A DNA stretch of 62,160 nucleotides, the filler included. It is 6 parts of 6 records of this genome, joined end to end, with 100 filler letters (N's around TTAATTAATTAA, not from the genome) between each part and the next. Parts side by side here need not be neighbours in the genome. Positions count along the whole stretch, not along the records: positions 26,714 to 32,937 come from SRR2962707_1173; positions 33,038 to 46,059 come from SRR2962707_1176; 4 more parts are not named here. The stretch is one strand, 5' to 3'. The notes beneath the pieces were generated by a model, which saw only the letters and a program-made list of their open reading frames with translations, had not been told where the DNA came from and searched no databases. Both the position numbers and the translations under genes were made by a program. This document shows, piece after piece, positions 26,789 to 37,564 of this stretch; within the stretch, counting starts at the first letter, position 1, and every line of letters starts with the position of its first letter.

Positions 26789-29467
26789 ATGGCCGGCCGG
26801 GGGGTTAGCACTGGCGGCTCTGGCAACAACATCCCAGAAGACCGCGCTGCGTGGGAGGATGACATGCTGCACCGGCTGCTATGCCTGCAGCAACCGTTGA
26901 TGAAGCCTCAGATGGTGAACTTCGTTGTTGACGACGACGTCAGCGACCGGCTGCTGGCCTACGTGATTGCACCCCAAGAGTCCACGGATGTCTCGCGCCG
27001 GCCCCTGGGCTCGCTCACAGAAAAGGAGTCCGCGCACGCCGAAGAGCGTGACCCCACTCGCTCGCTGGCCAATGCGGCGGCAATGGCGGTCACGCTGCCG
27101 TCGTCGGCTGCGTCGGCTGTCATGATGTCGTACAGGGCGACGCACTTCCTCACCGGAGGCTTTGACGCGCCGTTGGAGAAACTCCCTGGAAGAGTCCAGT
27201 CGGCGTTGGCGCATTTTTACAGCGAGAAGGCACCGCAAATACTGAGTGGCATCTTTGAAGCGATTGCAGATAGGCCGATACGCGTGAACGTGCACCATAT
27301 CCACCGGCTGTGGGAGGCCTGCGTGTATTTTGGTCGCCCGGCCACGTTAGATTTCTTTGATATGCCCGGAGAAGCGCTTGGGCTGTGCCTCGGCGCTCTT
27401 CTGGATTTGGCGCGACACGGTATGCACATGTGATGATGCTGCACTGCTAAATTGATGATGGGCCGGTTTGCGCTCATGTTACATGTGGTGCGATTGAGCT
27501 TGACTTTGACTGGATGCGACTATGAACTGGTTCAATCAGGCATCATGGGAAGCATGTTTCGTGATGTTGTTCAGCTCTTCTCGCTACAGCCTGTGTTTTC
27601 TGGCTCCGCATTGATGGCTCAGCGCATCTCCGCCTTAGCCGAGTCTGTGGGAGAATCCAGGCTTTTCCTTCGTTTAATGGAGGTTGCATGTGAAGGTCAG
27701 CGGCCCCAAGTTGAGGTCGCCGCCGTTGCTGACCTGCACTCCCAGCTGATGTTTGGGATGGCACGGTGTGAAGCACAGCGCCCAGTTTTGGCGAGCTTTG
27801 GTCAAGACGCTGCGGAAGCTGTCCAAATGTACACTGACCTTCTTGATAGGTGAGAATCAATGTGTGAGAGTGCGTGGCCCCTTGATTAGCAGCTGCCGAC
27901 ATTGCAAAGCTCAGTGCGCCTTGCTTTCCAGGTTCTCTGATACCCTCGAAGCACTGTCTGAGCGTCCAAGCGGTGGCGGCGGTTCCGATGGCGATGATGC
28001 TGATGACGAAACGCTCCTTGCAGCTGCTGTCCAGGCTGCATCGGACGTTTTGGCAACCACGCTTGATTGTTGTGGTCGCGAGACCTTGGACTCGGAGACA
28101 GAAGACTTTGGAGAGTTGCCCACTGCGGAGACCAATTTTTTCCGAGAACAGCGAGGGCCTGTGTTTGCAGCAGGCGCGGCTGCAGTCCCTGCAATTTGCC
28201 GTTTTGCCAAAGCCGTCGTCGCACAACAGCTGTCATTACGCCTTGCTCAAGCTGGAGCCAAGAGTCTGCCAAACAATCCAAGCGAAATTACCAGTTTTGC
28301 ATGTCGTTATACGGTCAGCCTAGATGGCGCCTTGAGTGTCCTCGTCCACTTGATGCAGGATGACCCGGCTGGAACAGCTGGGGCCTTGGTTGATGAAGGG
28401 ATGTGTTCCGCGTTGTGTGACTGGTTTTTTTTGTTTCCGAGAAGCAGCTTGTTTCAATGCCAGTTCAAAAAGATCTTTGCGCTCGCCGTCATCAACGGAT
28501 CCCATTTGGTACGTTCACCAGCGGGCCTGTCTTGGCGTTAGGTGGCTGAATTGTGTCTACATCATGATTGCACTTGCATAATGACGGCTGATTGCTGCTA
28601 TGGCACTCCTCACCATTGCATCATGCTGGGCTTTCACACAACAGGGATTTTGCGAATCGATGCTGGGCCCAGCACTGCTGCTCCAGCGCATGGTTCACTT
28701 TGCCGAAAGTGTGGACGGCAGGTCAGAATCGGAGTCCGGTGCTAACCATTTGCAGCACCGCGGACTTCTGGCGCTGGTGATTGCGTGCCTAAATATCCTG
28801 CGACTCAAGGCTGCCGAGGTGCGTGGCCAGGGGCTACCCGCCAAACTGAGGAGAAATTCCATGCTTGACCGCTGCTTCCACTGCTGCGCTGCACCAGTTC
28901 TTCGACATCGCTTCAAACATTTGCAATTCAATTGTAGATTCGCAGCGCCGTCGACAATGAAGACAATCTCCCCGAATTGTTGATATCACCTGACACGCCG
29001 GGAGCAGAGTCGTTGTCGGGATGGCTGCCGTCGTACCTGGATAGCAATGACAACTGGACTCGGTTTTTACCTCGGCTGCTGGAGCTGACCCGTGCTCAGC
29101 GCCCCTCCCCCGCAGGTGCAAGTTGCAACGACGACAGTGCTCGTGCTCCACAAGACAGTATGTGAGATTGCCTTCTTTGTGATATGCTCTAGTAATGTAT
29201 GTGTATCGAAAGACTTGGCCAGGTCACTGTGTGTTGTTCCGGGCGTGTTGCGCGCCACACTGTCATGACGTTGGCCTAGGCGACGGAGCCCCAGGAACTC
29301 CAGGACGAGCCCCAAATCCAACACTAGCCAGCAATCATGACGATGTGGACTTGTTCTCAACAGGCCTCCTGTTAAGCGATTTTGAATCTGAGGTTGACCG
29401 CATGGAGCGCGAAAGCATCGACCTGGGGTCTGATTACGCCAGAGAACTTGGATTTCGCGCGTCATAG
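26789..29467 (+). CDS. Multi-exon helical-repeat protein, possibly SAPS (SIT4/PP6-associated) family-like
   Basis: About 6 exons joined by GT-AG introns (donors near 27420, 27850, 28509, 28819, 29157). Segments resemble SAPS motifs: QMVNFVVDDDVSDRLLAYV, LCDWFFLFPRSSLFQ, HRGLLALVIACLN, YLDSNDNWTRFL. The family call is tentative. Confidence 0.5.
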
Positions 29468-29650
29468 ACGGCGTCATGCGCAATAGATTCGCACCTTGAA
29501 AACGGGGCAAAACGCAAAACGCATCGCCAGCCCGGAAAAAGTGAACGGCTATGTCGACTTGTTTTGCCTCGAGCATAAATTATTGTCGTTGGTCACAGAG
29601 CTGTTTTCATGCTATGTCGCCGCCCTCGTGCGGGAACAGGCGCCTGGTCT

Positions 29651-32525
29651 TCAGAGCCAAGGCACCGATGGGGAGTCCGGATCGCCAAGGTTAGTGGCCT
29701 TGGAACAGTTCGCGCAAAAGTAATTATTTCCTTGGTACGGCTTGTCCCACTGTTGGGGCTCAACCATGGTCTTGGCCACAGCTGTAAGCCGGGCCATGAG
29801 ATTGGCCACGATATCCGGATGCTGGGACGCCACGTTGACAGACTCGGAAATATCAGCCGTCAGGTTGAAAAGCATCGGCCACGAATCTGGGCCTACACAA
29901 GGGACAGTGTCAAGTATGGCCACACAAAAGCCGCTTCAAGAAGTTGTTGCAAGTTGTTGCAAGAGGGCCACCTACCTTGGAACGGAAAGCCGTCGTCGCC
30001 GCCAGACGGAACCGACACTTTGAACGGTGGATTCAATTCAGGCCCTGTGTGATTGCTGCCGTTGATTCCAGCAGCAGTGAAGCAAGGGACCTGTATCGCA
30101 ATGGAAAGTGAGGACCAAACGCGTTCATGCGATGCGAAAGGTCGAAGTTGCTTCAAACAATGCCAACAAATACATAGCAAACCAATCCGTTACCAGCAGT
30201 TTCATGTCTCCAACTCGGATTCCTGCGCGGGGGGCATTGGCTTGGCTATCGGTTGCAGACGCGCACAGCGGATTAATGTTCACGAGAATCTCGGAACGTG
30301 GGCTGGGGCCTAGTAGTTTTGCGACACGTGCATCATTGAAAGTTGAAGGCTGCCTCGTCGGCACAGTTTCTGCAAAAGCAAACGTCGACTTACTTCCGGA
30401 GACCAACGAATCAACAAGCGAATGGCCATCGAGTTTTTGCGGTACAACGCTGGCCGGAACACCGGCCAACTCTAGAAATGTCGGCAAGAGGTCCGTCACA
30501 TGATAGCTAACCGCACGTAAGCATCCAGCACGCAAAAATCATGGACAGATGCGCGCGTTCGAGGCATTCGACAAGATAATTGCCCGAAAGCAGGTCAGAG
30601 CAACGCAAGATGGGGGAGCGGAGTGCACCCGTACAGTTCGTTGCTGCGTGTTCCATGACGATGCGCGGGTAATAGCGGGCTGGAAACGAAACCTGGGACC
30701 CGCACACCTCCTTCCCATAAGCTGGCCTTGTGACCACGCAGCGGAAAGTTCCGACCAATGACGTCGGAGTGGGGTGGAGCTCCGTTATCGCTTTTGAAAA
30801 TCACGCAAACACCAGTGTGTAAATGGTCCCTGGTCGCATGCATACGCTGAGCAAACGGGTTCTTATTCTCATCGCACCTGGTAAAGAATATCCAAGTATT
30901 GTTGTCAAGTTGCGGGTATTGCTGCAGCGTCTGCATGATGCTTCCGATCATTGCGTCAAGCTCTGTGATGTACCTATTTACACAGAACGCATAATGAGGT
31001 GCCAAGCCATCCCTGGCAGTCGAAAAGGACAAATTGTAACTTTCAGTAGCAACGTGCCCAAAGATGGTTTTCTCGTCTTCGTTTAAATCCGTGCGGTTTG
31101 CGTATGGTTGGTAAAACTCGTCATCACATGTATACGGCCCGTGAATATTTTGGAACGGGAGATACCTGTCCACAGCCGCCATGTGAGAGCCGAACACGGC
31201 CTGAACCCCAAAGCCAGCAACGACGCGATGCAAAAAACGAACAGGAAGAAGGGCGAACGCGCATCGGCTTGGCGATGAAGGAAGTCATTAGCTGTGTCAC
31301 GGATCAGGTGGGCGCTGTTGGAGTGATTTGCCCCAAAGTCTGCGACATAGCTGCCCGCGGATGTTGCATTGAACCTGGGACAACCCCAACAGAAACAGAA
31401 GTGTGATGGCAGCGGTCAATCGTGTGTCGGCGCAGACATGGCTGGAACCCAACTCCGACGCGTCGAATGAAAACACTGACCAGTCCCATGCGCGGTAGTC
31501 TTCACTTCCCCCTTGAGGGCCAGGGCACACATAGGATTCGTCGCTGTGGTCAGACCCAGCTGAACAGCACGATGAGACATGCGTGTACGCACTTCCACAA
31601 CCCTGCAACCAAGACGGCACAAAGCCTGGTCAAAGCCTGGTGCGCAGCGCTTGAGGTTTGCAGAACTTTGAGAAAAAAGTAACCAAAACGCGCACATCCA
31701 TAGGCAAGCCACCATTCACCCAATACCTGCAAGTAACCGCGGTACTCATCAAAGCCACGCTTCCACGGGCAATAATCCTCCTTAAACATTCCCAGATGCC
31801 ATTTTCCTACCGCAGGATGCAACAAAATCTGAGGTCAGTCCTGGCCAAATGCATGGTTGAAAAACACAGCAAACACCGTCGACGGTGCCACGCACCAAAC
31901 ATTGCCGTCGTGTACCCTGCATGCTCTTTGAGAAGCTGTGGGATCATGTGGTCATCAAGCGGTACGCCCCACGGCGTGTCCCAAAATATCACGCTCGATT
32001 GCGTGCCAATATGCATTGGGTAAAGTCCGCTGCCGCACCAACACCAGCATCAAACAATCCCCTCGGCAATCAATTGGCAACCGGCATGGCAGTCTCAGCG
32101 CTATACACAGGTTCACAACACGCACGTCATCATCGCACTGCGCGTTGGGGAGCAGATTGGCTGCACGTAGTAGTTGTGGAACGACACCCCAGAGTCCGCG
32201 AGCGCGTCAATATGTGGAGTTGCCAAGCCTCGAGTGGTATTCATGTAGTTCAACTCGTTGTAGCCCATATCGTCAGCCTACAAACAGAGCCGCAACAGGG
32301 GGACGATGCGCAAGCTCAAAGTGGTGCAGCAGCAACAACAAAAACAAAATGCCACGATACCGACGGTCAGCCTTCCACTCTGCAAGTGCGAAGCGACGTA
32401 CGCACCACTATGAGAACGATATTCGGCTTGCGATGGACAGCCCCAACTGGTGTCTCTGCAGTGGCATTTGAGGCCAGCAATAGAATTGCTGCTGCAACAA
32501 CAGCAGCGCTCGAACAGCGCAGCAT
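29651..32525 (-). CDS. Secreted formylglycine-dependent arylsulfatase (arylsulfatase B-like), multi-exon
   Basis: Signal peptide, KPNIVLIV|ADDMGY, the FGly motif QPICSPTRSA (CxPxR), GYTTAMFGKWHLG, PFFLYLPFQNIHGP, SDNG, RNFPLRGHKASLWEGGVRVP, HVTDLLPT, and LFNLTADISESVN. Confidence 0.92.
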
Positions 32526-32880
32526 CACGCTGATCAAGGCGGGAAAGAAAAGCAAAAAAAATTAAAAATCCAAAAACAAAACAAAAAACAAAAAAAAATA
32601 CTGGAGGCAGCGTAGAAGAAGAAGGAAAGAATTTTTTTTTTAGGTCTTTCCGTTTCGCTTTTTTGTTTTTGTTTTTGTTTTTTTGCGCGGTGTCAATTTT
32701 TAATGGCAGCTGTCAATGAATGCATAGGCGGGTAACTGCAACATTCAACGAATCACTCCAGATGTGAGTGGGTAAGGTAAGCGAGGGAGTCTTCGTGAGT
32801 TCGCGAGTGGGGCGGGCCGATCGTGAGGGAGCCGTGGAGCCAGTGTGGCTGGCTGCCGAAACGCACTCGCGAACTCACAC

Positions 32881-32937
32881 AGACTCACGAAGACTCACGA
32901 AGACTCCCGACGACTCACTCACTCACTCACTCACTCA
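32881..32937. repeat. Short 10-bp tandem (AGACTCACGA) merging into an (ACTC)n microsatellite at the contig end
   Basis: Seen directly in the sequence. Confidence 0.85.
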
Positions 32938-33037
32938 NNNNNNNNNNNNNNNNNNNNNNNNNNNNNNNNNNNNNNNNNNNNTTAATTAATTAANNNNNNN
33001 NNNNNNNNNNNNNNNNNNNNNNNNNNNNNNNNNNNNN
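32938..33037. other. Artificial contig linker (eukaryote/bacterium boundary)
   Basis: N44-TTAATTAATTAA-N44. Confidence 0.99.
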
Positions 33038-33038
33038 G

Positions 33039-33515
33039 CCCGACCTGCTGCTGCTCGACGAGCCGACTTCCGGCCTCGACCCGCTTTCACGGCAGCATTT
33101 TTACGAGCTGATTGCCGATGTCGCGCGACAGGGTGGTGCAGTGCTTCTGTCCTCGCATGGCTTGAGTGAACTTGAAGCCAAGACCGACCGGGTGGCGATC
33201 CTGCGCAAAGGCCGGCTGGTTGCCAACGCGCCGCTGGCTGATCTTCAGCGCGAGGCCAATTTGCCGATCAGGATCCGGGTGCGGGCGACTGCCGATGCTG
33301 TCGACAAGGTTCATGCGGAAATTGGCGGCGGCCGCATCAACGGCGCTTCGGTGGAACTGTTCTGCGCCCGGGGCGACAAGATGCGGATTCTGTCACAAAT
33401 CAGCGGGCTTGGTGCGCAGGTGGAAGACGTCGATGTCGCCGCCCCGACGCTGGACGAAGTTTACCGCTATTTCTCGAAGGTCGGAGCAGACGAAGCCCCG
33501 CGGGGGATTTTGTAA
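33039..33515 (+). CDS. nosF: ABC ATPase NosF, 5'-truncated
   Basis: Walker B/D-loop LLLLDEPTSGLDP and H-loop LSSH. Overlaps nosY (TAATG). Confidence 0.88.
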   Translation, partial: PDLLLLDEPTSGLDPLSRQHFYELIADVARQGGAVLLSSHGLSELEAKTDRVAILRKGRLVANAPLADLQREANLPIRIRVRATADAVDKVHAEIGGGRINGASVELFCARGDKMRILSQISGLGAQVEDVDVAAPTLDEVYRYFSKVGADEAPRGIL

Positions 33516-34348
33516 TGCACGGCGTGCTGACCATAGCTGCAACAGAAATCCGCATCGGTCTTCGCAACCGCTGGATCATCCTGTCGACGCTGATCCTTCT
33601 CGCTTTCGCGCTGATCCTCGTGCTCCTGGGCAGCGCGCCCGGCGGTGAGGTCAAGACCGACGCGGTCACCGTGGTGGTCGCCAGCCTGTCGACGCTTTCG
33701 GTCTATCTGGTGCCGCTGATTGCGCTGCTGTTGTCATTTGATGCCATTGCCGGTGAGATCGATCGCGGCACCTTGCAACTGGTGCTCGCCAGCCCGGTTT
33801 CTCGTGGCGCGGTGCTGGTGGGCAAGTTCTTGGGCCACGTCGCGGTTCTGAGCATCGCCGTCAGCTTTGGTTATGGCATTGCCGGACTTGTGGCCTTTTT
33901 CGCCAATGGCGGCGGTGATCTCACGGCATTCGTCGGCGTCGGGCGGTTGATCGCAAGCTCGGTGATACTGGGCGCAACCTTCATCGCCATCGGCTATATC
34001 GCCAGCGCCAGCGTGCGCCAGACAGGTACTGCGGCGGCACTTGCCATCGCGATATGGCTGTTTGCCGTGGTGCTTTATGACTTGGCATTGCTGGGCGGGT
34101 TGCTGGCCAGTCAGGACGGCTTTTTCGCCCGAGATGTGTTCCCCTGGCTGCTGGTGTTCAATCCGGCCGATGCGTTCCGGCTGTACAACATGAGTGCCAT
34201 TGATGCCGCAGCGGTGGGCAGCAATCTGGGCGGCGGCGTGCGGTCTTCGCTGCCACTGTCTGGACTTGCAACCATGCTCAGCCCGGTCGCCTGGACTATT
34301 ATCGCTCTGGGCTTTTCAACCTACATTCTCAAAAGGGTTCGGCCATGA
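33515..34348 (+). CDS. nosY: ABC permease NosY (nitrous oxide reductase maturation)
   Basis: RNRW, SLSTLSVYLVPLIALLLSFDAIAGEIDRGTL, GKFLG, NPADAFRL; several TM helices; nos gene order. Confidence 0.93.
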   Translation: MHGVLTIAATEIRIGLRNRWIILSTLILLAFALILVLLGSAPGGEVKTDAVTVVVASLSTLSVYLVPLIALLLSFDAIAGEIDRGTLQLVLASPVSRGAVLVGKFLGHVAVLSIAVSFGYGIAGLVAFFANGGGDLTAFVGVGRLIASSVILGATFIAIGYIASASVRQTGTAAALAIAIWLFAVVLYDLALLGGLLASQDGFFARDVFPWLLVFNPADAFRLYNMSAIDAAAVGSNLGGGVRSSLPLSGLATMLSPVAWTIIALGFSTYILKRVRP

Positions 34349-34896
34349 AGACGCTCATGAGGCTCGCAGCCATTGCCGCAGTTGCGATCACAGTTTCGGC
34401 GTGCAGCGAACAGCAATCAAAAATCGAAGTGCCGCTGCCAGTTGCCCTGACTGAAGAATCGGTCGGGCACTATTGTAACATGACCATTCTGGAGCACACC
34501 GGACCGAAAGCGCAGATCTTTCTGGCCAACAACCCGCATCCGATCTGGTTCAGCCAGGTGCGCGACGGCATCGCTTTCATCCGCTCACCCGAAGAGCAGG
34601 AAGATGCAGTCGTCGTCTATGTCAATGACATGGGCAAAGCCACGGAGTGGGATTTTCCCGGCGATGACACCTGGATCGACGCGAATGAGGCATGGTTCGT
34701 CATCGAGTCCCGCAAGACCGGCGGCATGGGAACACCGGAGGTCATTCCTTTTGGCGACGAGCAAACCGCATCGGCATTTACGGCAGAAAATGGGGGGCTG
34801 GTTGTTCAGCTCGCCGGCATCCCGGATGCCTATGTTCTCGGCCCGGTCGGGCTCGGGCAGAACGCACAGATTTCAATGACTGGAGTGGATCAATGA
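34345..34896 (+). CDS. nosL: Copper-binding lipoprotein NosL
   Basis: Lipobox VSAC, GHYCNM..EHTGPKAQI, WFSQVRD, YVNDM, WIDA, GGMG.PE. Confidence 0.93.
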   Translation: MKTLMRLAAIAAVAITVSACSEQQSKIEVPLPVALTEESVGHYCNMTILEHTGPKAQIFLANNPHPIWFSQVRDGIAFIRSPEEQEDAVVVYVNDMGKATEWDFPGDDTWIDANEAWFVIESRKTGGMGTPEVIPFGDEQTASAFTAENGGLVVQLAGIPDAYVLGPVGLGQNAQISMTGVDQ

Positions 34897-35834
34897 GCCT
34901 CTCGCGCCGCCGTTTCATCACCATTGCAGCGGGTAGTCTGCTGGTTGCCAAGCCGGCTTGGGCTGCGACCGAGGATGGAGCGCGCTGGCGGGGCGTCGCC
35001 CTTGGCGCAGAGGCTGATCTGCGGATTGTCGGCATGCCGCGCGCTCGTGCTCTAGAGCTGATCAGTATTGCCCGCGCAGAGATTGAACGGCTGGAAAAAC
35101 AGTTCAGCCTTTACAGGCAGGACAGCGCGCTTGTTTCTCTCAATGAGAACGGCTTGCTTCGAGACCCGTCGCCGGACATGCTGGAATTGCTGAGCCTGGC
35201 CGGATCCGTGCATGCGGCAAGTAACGGTGTGTTTGACCCTGCAATTCAGCCTTTATGGAAGGTTTATGCGGAAAGCCGTGGCGAGCCTTCCGGCGAAGCC
35301 ATCGAAATCGCCTTGGGGAAGAGCGGATGGCGCAAGCTGGAGGTGTCGCCCTCACTTGTTCGATTGCCTGATGGCGGTGGACTGACCCTGAACGGCATTG
35401 CGCAAGGGTTCATTACCGACAAGGTCGTCGCACTGCTCAAATCGCATGGTTTGCAGCGCGCGCTGGTCAATGTTGGCGAGATCAGTGCTGTTGGCCGTCC
35501 ATCGGGGCTGGATGCGTGGCCGGTGCAGTTGGACGCACCGGGAAGCGCTCGCCGGACGATCGGGTTGCGTGACCGCGCGGTCGCTACGTCGGGTGCGCTG
35601 GGGACCACATTTGATGGGGGCGGAGCTGTCAGCCACATACTCGATCCACGCAACGGACAGGCTGCGCCTTCACTCTGGCGACGCGTTAGCATCCAGCACC
35701 GCTCCGCCGCTCTCGCAGACGGGCTTTCGACCGCCGGTGTGCTTATGAGCGCAGATGAACTGGCTGCCCTTCAAGGTCAGTTTGATGACGTATCGGTTGA
35801 CGCCATATCGCGAGAAGGCTCGTCGTTGCTCTGA
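34893..35834 (+). CDS. nosX: FAD:protein FMN transferase NosX (ApbE family), Tat-exported
   Basis: ATG overlapping the nosL stop (ATGA), Tat motif SRRRFI, FSLY..DS, FDP, LNGIAQG, AVATS, HILDP, ADGLST. Confidence 0.9.
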   Translation: MSLSRRRFITIAAGSLLVAKPAWAATEDGARWRGVALGAEADLRIVGMPRARALELISIARAEIERLEKQFSLYRQDSALVSLNENGLLRDPSPDMLELLSLAGSVHAASNGVFDPAIQPLWKVYAESRGEPSGEAIEIALGKSGWRKLEVSPSLVRLPDGGGLTLNGIAQGFITDKVVALLKSHGLQRALVNVGEISAVGRPSGLDAWPVQLDAPGSARRTIGLRDRAVATSGALGTTFDGGGAVSHILDPRNGQAAPSLWRRVSIQHRSAALADGLSTAGVLMSADELAALQGQFDDVSVDAISREGSSLL

Positions 35835-35932
35835 GGCAAAGTCTGCGCTGGCATCCGGCAATGTTTCCAGATCCGAGATGCTGGTGCGCATGGGCGTGAC
35901 AATCTCTCACCCACGGCAAGCGCAACCTGCAT

Positions 35933-36745
35933 TCAGGATTGCGGTCGGCTTGAGATGAACTGCGAGATACGTTCGGCGTTGTCGCGTGCAATCGTGCCAT
36001 CTTCGTTGATCGTGTTGTTTTCAAATCCGATGCGCACTTTTCCTCCCAGCTTCTCGGCTTGCCTCAGGCATGCGGTTTCACTGCGTCCGAAGGCGCATAC
36101 CGCCCAATCAGGCTTCACGGCGAGTTCAGGCAGCAAGTCCACGAACCCGGCGATGGCTTCGGGGGTGCTCGGCACACCCTGTCCGTAACGGCCAAGGACG
36201 AACAGCATCTGCAGCCGGGTGGCTGGAATCTGCCCCTCCGAACAGAGCTGAACAAGGTGGCGGAGATCATCCTGGGAATAGAGAATGTGCTGGACCGCGA
36301 TGTTGCTGTCGTCGCACCAACGGTAAAAACCCTCGACCTCACTGTTCCAGCCGTCGGCAGTCAGTTCAGCAAGAGACACCGACACGGACACAGGCTGGAC
36401 AGTCCTGACCAACTGCATCTGTTCAGCGGGGCTGTAACGGCCAACCGCTTCGGTGGTGATCTGGTGCTGCATTTCGGGAACCACACGGGCCAGCTCGGCG
36501 AGCAGTTCACGGTAAAGCCCCGCATCCAGCGTGTGGTTGCCGTCGGCGTCGCGGATATGGGCGTGAATGCCGCCGGCACCGGCGCGGGCGCAGGCCAAGG
36601 CGGTTGCGACAGTCTCGGCAATGGTTTCGGGCAGGGCGGGATGGTCGGTCTTTTTCAGGCGTGCGCCATTGGGCGCGACCATGATGGCCGGCAGTGGCGG
36701 AACGGAAGGGGAGGTGTCGGGCATCATCTTATCGGGTCGATCCAT
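35933..36745 (-). CDS. Beta-keto acid cleavage enzyme (BKACE / DUF849, Kce-like)
   Basis: IMVAPNGA..K.DHPALP, GAGGIHAHIRD..G.H (HxH metal site), and VRIGFENN. Confidence 0.88.
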   Translation of the reverse strand: MDRPDKMMPDTSPSVPPLPAIMVAPNGARLKKTDHPALPETIAETVATALACARAGAGGIHAHIRDADGNHTLDAGLYRELLAELARVVPEMQHQITTEAVGRYSPAEQMQLVRTVQPVSVSVSLAELTADGWNSEVEGFYRWCDDSNIAVQHILYSQDDLRHLVQLCSEGQIPATRLQMLFVLGRYGQGVPSTPEAIAGFVDLLPELAVKPDWAVCAFGRSETACLRQAEKLGGKVRIGFENNTINEDGTIARDNAERISQFISSRPQS

Positions 36746-36760
36746 GCAGGAGTATAAGCC

Positions 36761-37357
36761 TCAAAACGAAGGCGGCGTGCAGGCGCTGATCACCACGCAT
36801 TCAGCGTCGCCGGTGTTGTGAAAGCGATGCGGGGTGCGGCTCTCAAACAGGTAGGCGTCGCCCGGGCCGAGCAGCGCGGTCTGGTTGCCGACGGTGACTT
36901 CTATGCTTCCGGATACGACGATTCCAGCCTCCTCGCCATTGTGGCTGTAGGGGTCTGTTCCGGTGCTGCTTCCAGGCGCGTAGCGTTCGTACAGCATCTG
37001 GATTGCCGAGTTCCGGTCATTGCCGACCTGGCGCAAGGAGAGATTGCTGACATCACCGCTGTTTTTGGCAATGAGCGCGTTTGGATTGAGCTCGCGCAAC
37101 TCGTCGGCACGGAAGAAAACCTGTTTCGCCCCGTCGTTCTGGCCGGAGAAAAACTCCGACATGCTCATCGGAATCGCATCCAGAATGCGCTTGAGGGAGG
37201 AAACACTGGGACTGGTTGAGTTGCCTTCGATCTGCGAGATCATGCCGTTGGTCACGCCGGACTTTCTGGCCAGTTCTCTCTGCGACAATCGATTTGCGAC
37301 ACGGACGGCTTTCAACCGCTGGCCAATGTTGAGTTCCGGCTCCAGTGCCGCTGTCAT
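36761..37357 (-). CDS. puuR: XRE-HTH plus cupin transcriptional regulator, PuuR/PauR-like
   Basis: LSQRELARKSGVTNGMISQIE..STSPSVSSLKRIL, HNGEEAG, PHRFHN, SACTPPSF. An AGGAG RBS precedes ATG 37357. Confidence 0.8.
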   Translation of the reverse strand: MTAALEPELNIGQRLKAVRVANRLSQRELARKSGVTNGMISQIEGNSTSPSVSSLKRILDAIPMSMSEFFSGQNDGAKQVFFRADELRELNPNALIAKNSGDVSNLSLRQVGNDRNSAIQMLYERYAPGSSTGTDPYSHNGEEAGIVVSGSIEVTVGNQTALLGPGDAYLFESRTPHRFHNTGDAECVVISACTPPSF

Positions 37358-37420
37358 GCATGTTCTCCTGATGTGCGCTTTGGTCATCATGTCAAATTAT
37401 GACGATTTATTCAACGGGGT

Positions 37421-37438
37421 TGCATAATATATTAAACA
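37421..37438. promoter_or_regulatory. Candidate PuuR-type operator in the divergent promoter
   Basis: TGCATAATATATTAAACA: an 18-bp imperfect palindrome (14/18 symmetric) in an AT-rich divergent spacer. Confidence 0.55.
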
Positions 37439-37564
37439 GCCTTACGCTTTAGATCGATCAGCGAGACGCAACTGCTCCAATGGCGAGCAAATTTCCAGCA
37501 CTTCTCGCCGCAGCCAAACGCGAGAAGCCATTGCTTCCGCTCCACCCATGAAAGCAGTGCCGTC

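Noticed and set aside
32553..32684. A-rich/T-rich inverted arrangement upstream of the sulfatase as a MITE or hairpin
   Set aside because: Low-complexity (A5C)/(T5G) tracts with no defined TIR or target duplication.
34692..34892. Longer N-terminus for nosX
   Set aside because: It overlaps nosL in another frame; the Tat signal begins at ATG 34893.
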